Below are positions 26,001 to 34,374 of a stretch of DNA of 64,000 bases, piece by piece; positions within the stretch are counted from its first letter, which is position 1, and every line of letters starts with the position of its first letter. The position numbers and the translations under genes were made by a program. The notes under the pieces are model-generated. The model saw only the letters and a list, made by a program, of their open reading frames with translations. It did no database searches and had not been told where the DNA came from. The stretch comes from Aplysia californica (lineage: Eukaryota): positions 188,659 to 252,658 of the forward strand of contig NW_004797721.1 of assembly GCF_000002075.1 (NCBI RefSeq), read 5' to 3'.

Positions 26001-29000
26001 AGAGGTGACGCAGCAAGAGTGGCATAATTTGATGGAATGTTATAGCGTTACATAAGTTAAAGTTTGATATAAGGATAAAGCATTATATGACACTAAAAAA
26101 ATAATCTATACAAAACATAAACGAAATGAACTATCAAAGAAAGTTGAAAGATGTCTCAGAAGGTAATGACTGCATTAAACACTGCAAATAAAAAAAGGGA
26201 AGAAACGCTTAAAACAACAATAATTGTTGGAGGCAGGCAGTGTGCTGGACAGGTCCCACAATTTTTTTTCTGAGTGAGTTAGTAAAGAATGAAATGCTAT
26301 CGACTTTGTCAATTCAATTGGGAAGAAAAAAGTTGATTAGGAGAAGAGACAGAAGTCCGAATAGAGGAATATGCCTTCACCATTTGGTGACTTTCCAGTA
26401 CAAAGACAAGGAAGAGCACATGGACAGAAAAAAAAATGTCGTATGAAAAAAAATCCAAAAAGATGCATTTTAAATACCGGCATTGTCAAAAGATAAACAG
26501 TTCTGTGGGAACAGTAAGTAGTTTTAGTCATCAATAACATAATCAGCAGTATTAAAAAAGAAGAAAAAAGAAGAAAAAAGAAGAAACAACTAGATCTGTA
26601 TAACTCCCCAAAGAAACCAACAAGAAATATTAAACAAATATTCCTTTTTGGAGAGCTCCCACGGTTACATGAGCGAATTCTGGACTATCACAGGTCTGAA
26701 TCTGAAGTCAAACGAAGTCCAGAGACGAGTCGAAGTCCGGGTTAGTTGGTAACGTAGCACGTGGCCCCTCATTATTAGCGCGACAAAAACAGCCAACCCA
26801 CATTCCCTCCCTCGCAGGTGGGATAGTCGGAATTATTGGGCTAAAACCCTAAGGGTGCCGGGTTATACGGTTTTATTTCTAATGTTTTAAAGACATTTCG
26901 AGACAAAATTCAGATCTGTCTTTAAGTGAGCATATGAAATGGACAATTTACTATCGATAGGGCCAATAAAAAAAAATGTCATACTTTGTGGGTTAGTCGT
27001 TTTATCACAAGGCCGACGATATACTTCCATTAGTGTTAGAAAATTATTTTAAAAATATATCACAAGCTGATCAAGATTAGGGTTATTCTTTCAATACATT
27101 AAAATCATTCTCATAAATGTACTCACCTTTGGTATCGTTCACTCCTAACTGACCAAAACTGAAACAAACATGAGCACAACCATTATTAAAGTTCATTTGT
27201 AAGAGCTTAAATAATTATCCACACTACGGTACCCCTCTGTAAGAAGGCTGTTAACACTTAAAAAGAACACATCAGTCCCCTGGGAAAATAAAGCACAGCA
27301 ACCCGTTGTGTGTATAGCGTCCTTCTCACCACATTTGTCTCCATCGATAGCCAAGTACTCCCTTACGACTGGGAGAACAAAAGAAAAATAGGGTAAGTTG
27401 TACCTTCCCAAAGGACACAACATTTTACCTGGCTAAGATAGGAATCAACCCACAAGCTATTCATTTACACACTCAGTGCAAACCTACCAGACTAAAATAA
27501 CAAAACTAAAGGATACGTTTGGAACAAAAATATTTTTTTAAACCCTGCAAATACTAAACATAGTTGTAAATTCATTCTGAGATACAAGACCAACATCGAT
27601 AGTGAAAACATTTTTTTCAATTTCCACAGTGGACACTTTCTGTATTGACTTGTGTCAAAGTCGGCAACACGGTGTCCTCTTCTTGAATTCCCACTCTTAT
27701 CGGCTGGGGAAATAAACGGCTACAGTCAAACCAGTATCCATCTCTCGATAGAACAACACACATTACCTTTTCTTTCAGTAGCGCATGGATGACATTTTCA
27801 TTTAAGTATCATTTTTCCATTTTGAATTTTCTCTCCTTCCGTTTTTTCCTTCTCAGCTGTAACCTCTAAAGTCCTGCACTCAGCCTTTGAAATGATCAAC
27901 AAATACCAAAGGGGGGGAGAAACTCAAAACAAAACATACAAAACTACAGTACAGTTACCTGTTCCTCCCCCAACCATAGACAGCTCCAGACTTTGACAGC
28001 AGGAACGAGTGGTTTCCTCCAGCAGCTATTTGCTCCACAGGGATCCCTTTGACAGATGTTACAACCTCTGGAATGTTCTGGTACTTCCCCGCTGCATTCT
28101 TGCCTAAGCCCAACTGCCCATATGAATTGGAACCCCAGACTCTGACAAGACTATCTGTGGACAAAGAAACTCCCTAAAATAACCAAATTTGAACCTGGAA
28201 TTAAAAGTGATGTCTAAACTTGCCTGAGATTTATTCATCAAAGTCCTCCGAATCTCGGTAAGACCAAACCAGAGAATTTTTGCCATTGTCTGATAAGATT
28301 AAGAACCTATCTTTTTGACTTGTTCGTTTGAGTGAAACAGAGAACAACTATACAATAACAACAGGCAAGATAGACAGATAAAAAGAAAGAGGGGAAAGAA
28401 AAGAAATATCTGACCTACAAATGGCACCCTCCAACCACCCACAAGAACTTACCCTCCACACATATATTAACATTGAACAGCAAATTAATACAATAGGTAC
28501 TCCTTTAACGCCTTCAAAAGCTTAAAGGTTAGCAAACATGGGCAAAATACAACAAAATAATTAATGTTCAAAGTTAACAGACCAAATTTCATTTTAAAAT
28601 AACACAACAAAAATGAGTGTTCAATGGTCATAGCTCTTTTTGTAATCAGCACAACTGGTCTCAGGGTTACAGCCTGGAGCATTTGAAAATAAGCACAAAA
28701 GAGTGTGTACAGATTATTTTCTCCATACTGAAAAGAGATACTAGATACAGAACAAAAATTTGGATTCAGAAAATTTGCTGTTCAATGCATTCCCCATACA
28801 ACAGTATACAGCAAGAACATGCATGTTGTTGTCAAGCCCTATCCCAAATTACAGTGATTCAGCATGATAAATTTTCTAGGAACCAATCAAAAAGTAGAAC
28901 GAAAAAAAACCCAAAAGATAAGAGCTATACTAAAGCTTAGAAAGGGTGACCTTTCTCACCGTTTGTGAGTACAATGCAGTGATCATTCCCGCAAGCGACT

Positions 29001-32000
29001 TGTAGAACACAATGAACAGCAAGTGACTTTACTAACCTGAAAAATTTAATACATATAAAGTAAGATATTGTCACAAATCAAATCTCCATCCAGAGTCTAA
29101 ATTACATATACAATATCAAAAATCATGGATAGAATCACATTAAACAGAGCCTCATACAATGTACTGACTTCCCTGACAAAAGAATAAGAGAGGAATTCTG
29201 TAATGACTCCAGTTAACTTCTCTAAAATATGATTTGAGTATCAGTTTCGAACATGAAGCCAAACAGCACTACGAACATTTCTCATGATAAGTCCATAATG
29301 TCATTAGTATCTCATGGCATAATCAGAATTTTAAAATATAAAAACATGTGAGATATAAAAAGAGAATTGAAAAACTGACATCGTATACAATGTCTGTTGG
29401 AAGATTCATTTCATTTCAGAAAGTGTTCTACAGAACAGCTGAAACTTGCAATAGTGATGTTATGATGATGATGATAAGGTGTGTGTGCGCGTGTGTGTGT
29501 GCGTGTGCATAATATGTTAATGACATAGATTTCACCATCCAACAAATTCACTAAAAATATCATCTTTGCTCCTAGAACAAAGTTGCTCTCAAGTTAATTC
29601 AGTGAACAAGTGTATCTGAAAAAGGATATATAATATTTTGTTTTTGTTTTGTTAAGTGTTTTACATCAGTCTCAACCACATATAATATAAGGTCACATGA
29701 GTGCGGCGTGGGACACATTAAACATTTTAAGTTTGGCCCCCTACTCTTTGTAGGGCAGGACGATTTGTGAAAGCAGCCATAAATCGATTTTGGACCACCA
29801 AAGGATCTTTTAATTAATGTGTGCAACTTTCACAAGACCTCCAAGACTTTTCACATTAATCCAAGAAGGCTAGTAGATATCAAATCTTTCCTGCCCAAAA
29901 GAACAGGGGTGTGGCTGAAAGACAGCAATAAGAAGGAGCCAAGGAGTAGTAGTAGAAAGACTGCAGAAAGATTCAAAAGCCCAGAAGAAGGGGCAAACAG
30001 TGGTGCGGGGGTTGGACAGAATATGGAGATGAAAGCAAACAACATAGCATGGTTACAGAGCAGGAAAAGAGGTGAAAGGAGAAAATAATATTAGAGAAGA
30101 AAATTTTACGTCGTATGGTTTCAAATCCGGGATCTACTGAATGAGACGAACATGAGACTGAGGGCTCCCTATATCAGTAATATTAAATTAAGTTTGCTGC
30201 AAACTGTTCCTGTTATATTGTTACTATAAATAGTGTAACATATAAAATATAATGTACATAAAATGTATGTGTCTATCTGCATNNNNNNNNNNNNNNNNNN
30301 NNNNNNNNNNNNNNNNNNNNNNNNNNNNNNNNNNNNNNNNNNNNNNNNNNNNNNNNNNNNNNNNNNNNNNNNNNNNNNNNNNNNNNNNNNNNNNNNNNNN
30401 NNNNNNNNNNNNNNNNNNNNNNNNNNNNNNNNNNNNNNNNNNNNNNNNNNNNNNNNNNNNNNNNNNNNNNNNNNNNNNNNNNNNNNNNNNNNNNNNNNNN
30501 NNNNNNNNNNNNNNNNNNNNNNNNNNNNNNNNTATGTGAGGCGTGCTGACAAAATGAGTTACTTCTCGCAGTCCACAAACAGAGATATTGGCCAAAAATC
30601 AACATAAGGGGTTAATTTTGTAGATTTTCTATTGGCACCAAATTCTGTTACTATTACCTGTCTTTTATTATTTCATACATAAAATTGTACAAAACTTCAC
30701 CTATATGTATGATCTATTTCCCTGAGGTTTGAATCCGAGAAGAACCGTAACTCATTTTGTCAGCACGCTTACATATATCCTTATTATTGTCCCTTTCTGC
30801 AAGAGGAATCCAATCACAAAGTGACTTAAGAAATTGTTGTCATTGAAAGAGACCTCTAGACTGCAAAGTGAAATGAACTTCACCTTCACTGGACAAGCTC
30901 CTGGGTCCACTCCAATTTTACTGACCTGAAAATATGAATGCACACTCTCCCTGTATCTTCAAAAGCAGATTCTCTTTACATCTAGTTTTGTGTGTAAAAA
31001 TCGAAAGATCAGACAAGACAAGGGAAGACACAAAATTATGAACCAAATCTGCCACACAACCTACTTTGGTATGCCTCTGGCTTCCTCTGGGATATCCCCA
31101 CGGCCTAACTGGCCAGAGTCATTTTTTCCCCAGGTGAAAACTTCCCAAGCCTGTGTCAAGGCCACACTGTGATTAGCCCCTGCTGCTACCTGAATAACTT
31201 GCTGAGAAAGCAGACCAGCTTCAATTCGTCCTGAAAGAGATTAGAATTTGATTATTACAATTACATACATTATCATGTTGTAAAATTACACTAAATTATC
31301 GATATATCATCAAAAAAACACAAGGTGCTTGCGAAGTGAAAAAAAAAGTTTTACTATAATCACCATTTCACTTCAACTGATGATGACGCAATTTTCTCCC
31401 ATCAAAGCATGTCTTGGGTCTGGGAAGAAACACTAAGGGTGGGGGTGGGGGAAGGGGGGGGTTGTCCAGTGGCCTTTTAATTAAGGCTGGCTCTCTATTT
31501 CTCCGAAACTTCAGGAAAATAAAGTTGAACTGTATTTCTCCGAACGGTTTCCGTTCTCGAGATTTGTTGATAATAAGCANNNNNNNNNNNNNNNNNNNNN
31601 NNNNNNNNNNNNNNNNNNNNNNNNNNNNNNNNNNNNNNNNNNNNNNNNNNNNNNNNNNNNNNNNNNNNNNNNNNNNNNNNNNNNNNNNNNNNNNNNNNNN
31701 NNNNNNNNNNNNNNNNGGGGGGAGGCATGAAGGGATTTTTTTTTACATGAAGGGTTTTAGTTTTTGCTGGGTGACTACATGTAAAATAGGTTACTGCCAA
31801 GGTCGCGCAGTCTTGTTCTCTCGCAGTACCTTTTGAAGGTATTTTCAATTTTCAATTGAAGTATAGTCCGGGCACGTTGCCCCAACCACAACTGAATACA
31901 GTGGAATCCTGTTATCACGAGAGGGAGGGGACCGGTGCGAAATGTGCGTTATAATAAGATTCTTGTAATAAGGGATCCAGTAATAAATTCAATGGAAATA

Positions 32001-34374
32001 ATAAAGTAGGCCTAATCTATGCGTTTGGTGCTCTGTTTATTTCTTTTTTTATCTCCCCTGATGATGATTTTGTTTTAACATGACCTCTAGGTCATACTTG
32101 ATCAAAAATCAAATCAGGTTTCTCTCTCTAGCGCTAGCGATGTTGACAGCTTGGCGTTGGCAATTAGAAAGAAAGTTCTCTAGCTCTAGGCTAACTCGCC
32201 CGCTGTGTTGTCTTCCACTACACCACACCCTGAGGAGTGTTCCGTCTGCTTGCGCACGTCACACACTCGCTCCATCCACTGTGACCTCTCCATCCCTGCA
32301 TCGGGGAAGTGAGTAGCATGATAGGCCTAGATAATCTAGGCCTAGACTAGGCTGGCCTATAATGCGATATGTGTTCTCCGAGTCTGCGCATGCCACACCC
32401 TCCACACTCATTCGCTCCGGCCTTCATTGTAGACACATGTAGGCTCTCCCATCCTTTGTTTCGCTTGATCACCAACAAGTCTCTCAACTTATGTATAATT
32501 GGCCTCTATGTGCTGTGCACAGAAGCAGCAATATTCCGCTATAACCGACTCATGTGTTTGTCTGATTGCATTATAGCAGTATTTTATTTACAAAGACAAA
32601 GAAGGTAAAAAACCGGGGTTTTTAGAAATAGTGTCTTTATAACAGACATCTCGTTATTTCAGGACTCGTTATGAGTGGACTCCACTGTATTCAGACATTA
32701 AAAAATTTATAGTTTTGGAAATTGAATTCAATGCAAAAAATGCTTCCTCCCAGTCCTCGTAGAATGGCAGAATGAAAGGATGGCGCCTAAACCTCGCAAA
32801 TATATCACCAAAAAACCTCTAGACCAGAAACCGTTCGCTGAAATAGTCACTTCATTTAATTAAACAGACAGAAAGTTAGAAGTCCAAACTAAATTGTTCC
32901 CATTTTTAAAAAGTAAACACTTTTACTACAGTCCACATATTACAATCATTCCAAAATGATGTGTGTAGATCTAATAATAGCCTTCACATGGTGTGAATTT
33001 AACACTTAAAAGTCTATACACCTCTAAGATAAATCTCTCTAACTTTAAAGTGACCATGTGCCAGAGCCAGAGGTCTCTCAGAGGAAAAATTAGTTCTTTT
33101 TTAAACTTTACATCATTTTTATACTGAGTTGATAAAAAGGTGACCTTTAACTCTTTTATAAAAATTTTCGAAAGTCATAGTGGGTGTCGCATTCAACGAG
33201 GTGTTGGGACCGGCTTGACATTGTCCTCGTAGGATCCGACCTCTCGTTGAACGTGACTAAGGCTGAAAGGAGACAAGCAAGTTATAATATTACACTATAT
33301 GTGTATCAATACCAATAATTAAAACAGTTGTTCCCCATGAAGACGAAAATTTCAAACAGCATCAGTGTGCACGTGTTTGAGCTGTGTTCTGACCGTCATT
33401 TCTGCATTTTTTAATATTTTTTGTTACGGAGCGCTTCTCGTGTGGTAACATGCCCTCTCACGTCTAGGCCTAAATATCTACTGAAAAGTAAAGGATATAT
33501 CTACAGAAAAGTAAAGGCGGGAGCTTGGATTTTCTGATCAGGGGAAGAAAAGAAAATTGAAAAAAATAAAGGTCTCGATCTAGACCTACCCATCCAGAGT
33601 TCATCCAGTTTCACACAGACCGCATCGCGTTCTGACCCATCCCCACCGTAGCCTAACCCTCGCCCATCCTCTTCTTGGCTTTGGGGCCAATATTAGGAGA
33701 CACACTAGATCTAGCAATACAATGCGTTAGGAATCGAAGATGGGCCTTGTGCTTCGTAAGAGATGGAAAGGAAGGAGAACAATTCTTTGTTTTTGGGGCT
33801 GCTAATTGCTTTTATTTGGTTATATCGCGACCTCGTTGAAAGCGACTCGGTCTGTTTGCAAACATGTTGGAGCTGACGTACATTTACAGATATAGAGGAA
33901 AAGATGGGGGATCAAGGATTGCCTCGTTGGAGCCTACTTCTTGTTGAATGTGACCTCGTTGAATGCGACACCCACTGTACAGACAACTTAGCCTTGCAAA
34001 AAAAAAAAAATTTTACAAGAAATAGTCTATAGGGGGGCCTATAAATGGCATACATATAACCAAAAAGATTTTAAAAGATCATGATATAACATTTTAAATT
34101 CTTTCATTTTTATTTCAAATCAATAAAAAGCTAAATTACCAAATTTGTTGAGGTTTCTATCCCGTCCGCACTGACTGAAATCATTCGCACCACAACTAAA
34201 AATTGCACCATCCTTTCCGCATATCAAAGAATGGTTCTCTCCAATACTGATTTGACGAAGGTCAACGTTGTCCAAGGTCTCAACTTGTTTTGGAGACCTG
34301 ACTGCATTCTCCTCAGAGCTGCCAATTCCAAGCACCCCAAAGGTAGCTTTGCCCCACGCTAACACAGCAGACAT
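1943..34374 (-). CDS. HERC4: HERC4/HERC3-like small HERC E3 ubiquitin ligase, spliced gene (24 coding exons in window, 3' end outside window)
   Basis: Manually joined GT-AG exons with consistent phases total 2705 nt. They give RCC1 repeats (WGKNDSGQLG, WGSNSYGQLG, FGAGSYGQLG, FGLGGSGQLG), a middle region (PPDVEALRLY, FCNYPFLFD) and the HECT N-lobe ([46 protein letters not shown]). Confidence 0.93.
2209..2275 (-). CDS. HERC4: HERC4-like exon 23 (GLQDLLDFDGDEFEDVFSLYFE)
   Basis: CAG acceptor, GTGAGA donor. Confidence 0.9.
2770..2817 (-). CDS. HERC4: HERC4-like exon 22 (PITADDLKELSPDVG)
   Basis: CAG acceptor, GTAAGT donor. Confidence 0.9.
3932..4050 (-). CDS. HERC4: HERC4-like exon 21 ([39 protein letters not shown])
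   Basis: CAG acceptor, AA|GTCAGC donor; HECT motif. Confidence 0.9.
4929..5024 (-). CDS. HERC4: HERC4-like exon 20 (EFFMLLLREVMDPKYGMF...WFNPS)
   Basis: AAG acceptor, GTGAGT donor; HECT motif. Confidence 0.92.
5082..5358. mobile_element. Putative piggyBac-type MITE
   Basis: TTAA on both sides; short imperfect TIR CTCTnnGA. Confidence 0.4.
5829..7129. mobile_element. Non-autonomous DNA element with TIR CTGTCCYCAGAGRAA and AAGTTGC subterminal repeats
   Basis: CTGTCCCCAGAGAAA at 5829 versus reverse complement CTGTCCTCAGAGGAA ending at 7129. Confidence 0.6.
6617..6727 (+). pseudogene. Truncated MADF/Myb-SANT-like ORF (MDDERLISLVKERPVLFDKVHPKY...), probably PIF/Harbinger-derived
   Basis: Matches the MADF N-terminal pattern LI.LV.ERP.L[WF]D..H..Y; GCCACAATGG start context; stops after 36 codons. 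Confidence 0.6.
7142..7189 (-). CDS. HERC4: HERC4-like exon 19 ([16 protein letters not shown])
   Basis: CAG acceptor, GTAAGT donor; HECT F.GE.AVD.GGV.K. Confidence 0.93.
7637..7840 (-). CDS. HERC4: HERC4-like exon 18 (NAIESVQRQNF...NPCLVLFVDRNNLVQDTL...DLKKPLK)
   Basis: CAG acceptor, GTGAGT donor; start of HECT. Confidence 0.92.
8798..8991 (-). mobile_element. SINE-like insertion with 16-bp TSD
   Basis: GAATATGTATGCAAAA at 8782-8797 and 8992-9007; internal TGCCTTTCCCAAGGACACAAC and B-box-like GGTTCAAGTC on the minus strand. Confidence 0.75.
9059..9145 (-). CDS. HERC4: HERC4-like exon 17 (GLYFCNYPFLFDGAAKSVLLQTDAALQMR)
   Basis: CAG acceptor, GTGAGT donor; conserved pre-HECT motif. Confidence 0.92.
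11266..11388 (-). CDS. HERC4: HERC4-like exon 16 (VNEENHQIIPYHKFYVPELKERVNIREDYISW...)
   Basis: CAG acceptor, CAG|GTGGGG donor. Confidence 0.88.
11796..12010. repeat. Dispersed repeat, copy 1 (copy 2 at about 19961-20180)
   Basis: Shared GAGACAGC.ACAC.AC.CTGCCCC.CACATTTCAGTGTAAGCTTGTAGATTT and TGTTTTAGGTGTATG. Confidence 0.75.
12199..12258 (-). CDS. HERC4: HERC4-like exon 15 (VSRRQSGLFSCMEMLQKLYA)
   Basis: CAG acceptor, GTAAGT donor, 60 nt; joins to VNE of the next exon. Confidence 0.85.
12353..14858 (+). mobile_element. Old degenerate mariner element, interrupted by a MITE
   Basis: Inverted ends GTCCCAGAATTAACA[G/A]GAAAAT (12363 and about 14850); transposase relics GK.PTEI, HSPDLVPSDFHLFGP, GDYIEK. 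Confidence 0.8.
13770..14624. mobile_element. Tigger/pogo-type MITE (TIR CAGTAGTCTCCGCCTAAGATCCC, TA TSD)
   Basis: Perfect 23-bp TIRs with TA on both sides; second copy at 41545. Confidence 0.92.
15283..15342 (-). CDS. HERC4: HERC4-like exon 14 (IYKGCIEYLLQLPDTTNPLE)
   Basis: CAG acceptor, GTGAGT donor, 60 nt. Confidence 0.85.
15940..15989 (-). CDS. HERC4: HERC4-like exon 13 (SWWPSNQPSFFNRLVV)
   Basis: CAG acceptor, GTAAGT donor, phase consistent. Confidence 0.85.
16537..16726 (-). CDS. HERC4: HERC4-like exon 12 (ICTSIEQDLIPMLPKSPPDVEALRLYIMLPEC...)
   Basis: CAG acceptor, T|GTAAGG donor; SPPDVEALRLY motif. Confidence 0.9.
17457..17568 (-). CDS. HERC4: HERC4-like exon 11 (RDEHYGSSSKKHGVDMNAVREFF...)
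   Basis: CAG acceptor, GTGAGT donor; GVDMNA motif. Confidence 0.9.
18182..18238 (-). CDS. HERC4: HERC4-like exon 10 (EMTKIFSHASCLNGSFLM)
   Basis: CAG acceptor, GTAAGT donor; CLNGSFL motif of small HERCs. Confidence 0.88.
18950..19005 (-). mobile_element. LINE 3'-end fragment (same family as 48371-48547 and 52850-52902)
   Basis: Reverse complement of CTCATATGACCTTATGCAGTTGCGAGTGCTGTAAAAC. Confidence 0.65.
19101..19225 (-). CDS. HERC4: HERC4-like exon 9 (ACHSDDFRERDHVRQILTL...)
   Basis: CAG acceptor, GTGAGT donor, open frame, DDFR motif, phases 0 to 2. Confidence 0.85.
19961..20180. repeat. Dispersed repeat, copy 2
   Basis: Same motifs as 11796-12010. Confidence 0.75.
20587..20833 (-). CDS. 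HERC4: HERC4-like exon 8 (GHTLAFVPSTGRLYAFGLGGSGQLG...GGDHSFVL)
   Basis: CAG acceptor, GTAAGT donor; last RCC1 repeats. Confidence 0.92.
21231..21361 (-). CDS. HERC4: HERC4-like exon 7 (DGRVFTFGAGSYGQLGH...QIACG)
   Basis: 131 nt, CAG acceptor, GTAATG donor. Confidence 0.93.
21416..21900 (-). mobile_element. RTE-clade LINE 3' fragment with (GTAAAA)n tail
   Basis: Translated relic FLPTLTY..Q.W, EMKCL, RPSKTWLDGV; tail and 3'UTR shared with 53830-53982. Confidence 0.75.
22351..22442 (-). CDS. HERC4: HERC4-like exon 6 (YDMPRQCRSLRTQKIKYICAGENHSAALTA)
   Basis: 92 nt, CAG acceptor, GTAATT donor. Confidence 0.92.
23088..23378. repeat. Polypurine (GAA/GGA) low-complexity tract containing a tandem duplication of about 130 bp
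   Basis: GGAAAGGAAGAAGAAAAAGGAGAGGTAAGTGGAGGAGGAGTAGGATAAGG occurs twice. Confidence 0.9.
24050..25990 (-). pseudogene. Sola1 transposase pseudogene
   Basis: Motifs RKDQCDIC, MEIQSVLL, IIYSDEC.*QNGN, KGHTQMEVDSV...IER; many stops and frameshifts; boundaries approximate. Confidence 0.8.
27127..27158 (-). CDS. HERC4: HERC4-like exon 5, 32-nt small exon (FGQLGVNDTK)
   Basis: Completes the RCC1 motif GRNSFGQLG; CAG acceptor, G|GTGAGT donor; phases match both neighbours. Confidence 0.88.
27959..28154 (-). CDS. HERC4: HERC4-like exon 4 (SLVRVWGSNSYGQLG...GAVYGWGRN)
   Basis: Within ORF 27955..28164; CAG acceptor, AG|GTAACT donor. Confidence 0.92.
28960..29036 (-). CDS. HERC4: HERC4-like exon 3 (LVKSLAVHCVLQVACGNDHCIVLTN)
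   Basis: 77 nt, CAG acceptor, G|GTGAGA donor, RCC1 motif. Confidence 0.9.
29780..30169 (-). mobile_element. tRNA-derived SINE, older copy of the family at 37455-37870
   Basis: Colinear similarity (GACCACCAA.GGATCTTT, GGGTGTGGCTGAAA.CAGCA, GAGCCAAGGAGTA). Confidence 0.75.
30283..30532. other. Assembly gap (others at 31580-31716, 38348-38602, 42561-42708)
   Basis: N runs. Confidence 0.99.
30536..30772. mobile_element. MITE of about 237 bp (TIR GTGAGGCGTGCTGACAAAATGAGTTAC), Sola1-like
   Basis: 27-bp TIRs; ATAT on the right (left flank abuts a gap); inverted copy at 45915-46150. Confidence 0.88.
31065..31230 (-). CDS. HERC4: HERC4-like exon 2 (RIEAGLLSQQVIQVAAGANHS...WGKNDSGQLG)
   Basis: CAG acceptor, AA|GTAGGT donor, RCC1 motif. 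Confidence 0.9.
31899..32687. mobile_element. Tigger/pogo-type MITE (TIR CAGTGGA.TCC...[T/C]AT.ACGAG, TA TSD)
   Basis: TACAGTGGAATCC... and ...GGACTCCACTGTA. Confidence 0.82.
33178..33977. mobile_element. Tigger/pogo-type MITE (TIR AGTGGGTGTCGCATTCAACGAGGT)
   Basis: 24-bp perfect inverted ends, internal CCTCGTTGAA repeats, TA on the right. Confidence 0.88.
34140..34374 (-). CDS. HERC4: HERC4-like coding exon 1 (MSAVLAWGKATFGVLG...NLNKF)
   Basis: ATG at 34374; RCC1 repeat; donor G|GTAATT, phase 1. Confidence 0.88.

Larger units (their letters stand above)
22715..27018 (-). mobile_element. Full-length degenerate Sola1 DNA transposon
   Basis: TIR CGT[A/C]GGCCTTGTGATAAAAC(C)GAC.AACCCA; ATAT TSD on both sides; transposase relic on the minus strand. 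Confidence 0.88.

Noticed and set aside
26790-26860. HDV-like ribozyme candidate (CCT-CCCTCGC-AGG ... GGCTAA)
   Set aside because: A P3/L3-like motif is present, but I could not build P1 with a 5' G, P1.1 and P2 consistently; it lies in the Sola1 subterminal region.
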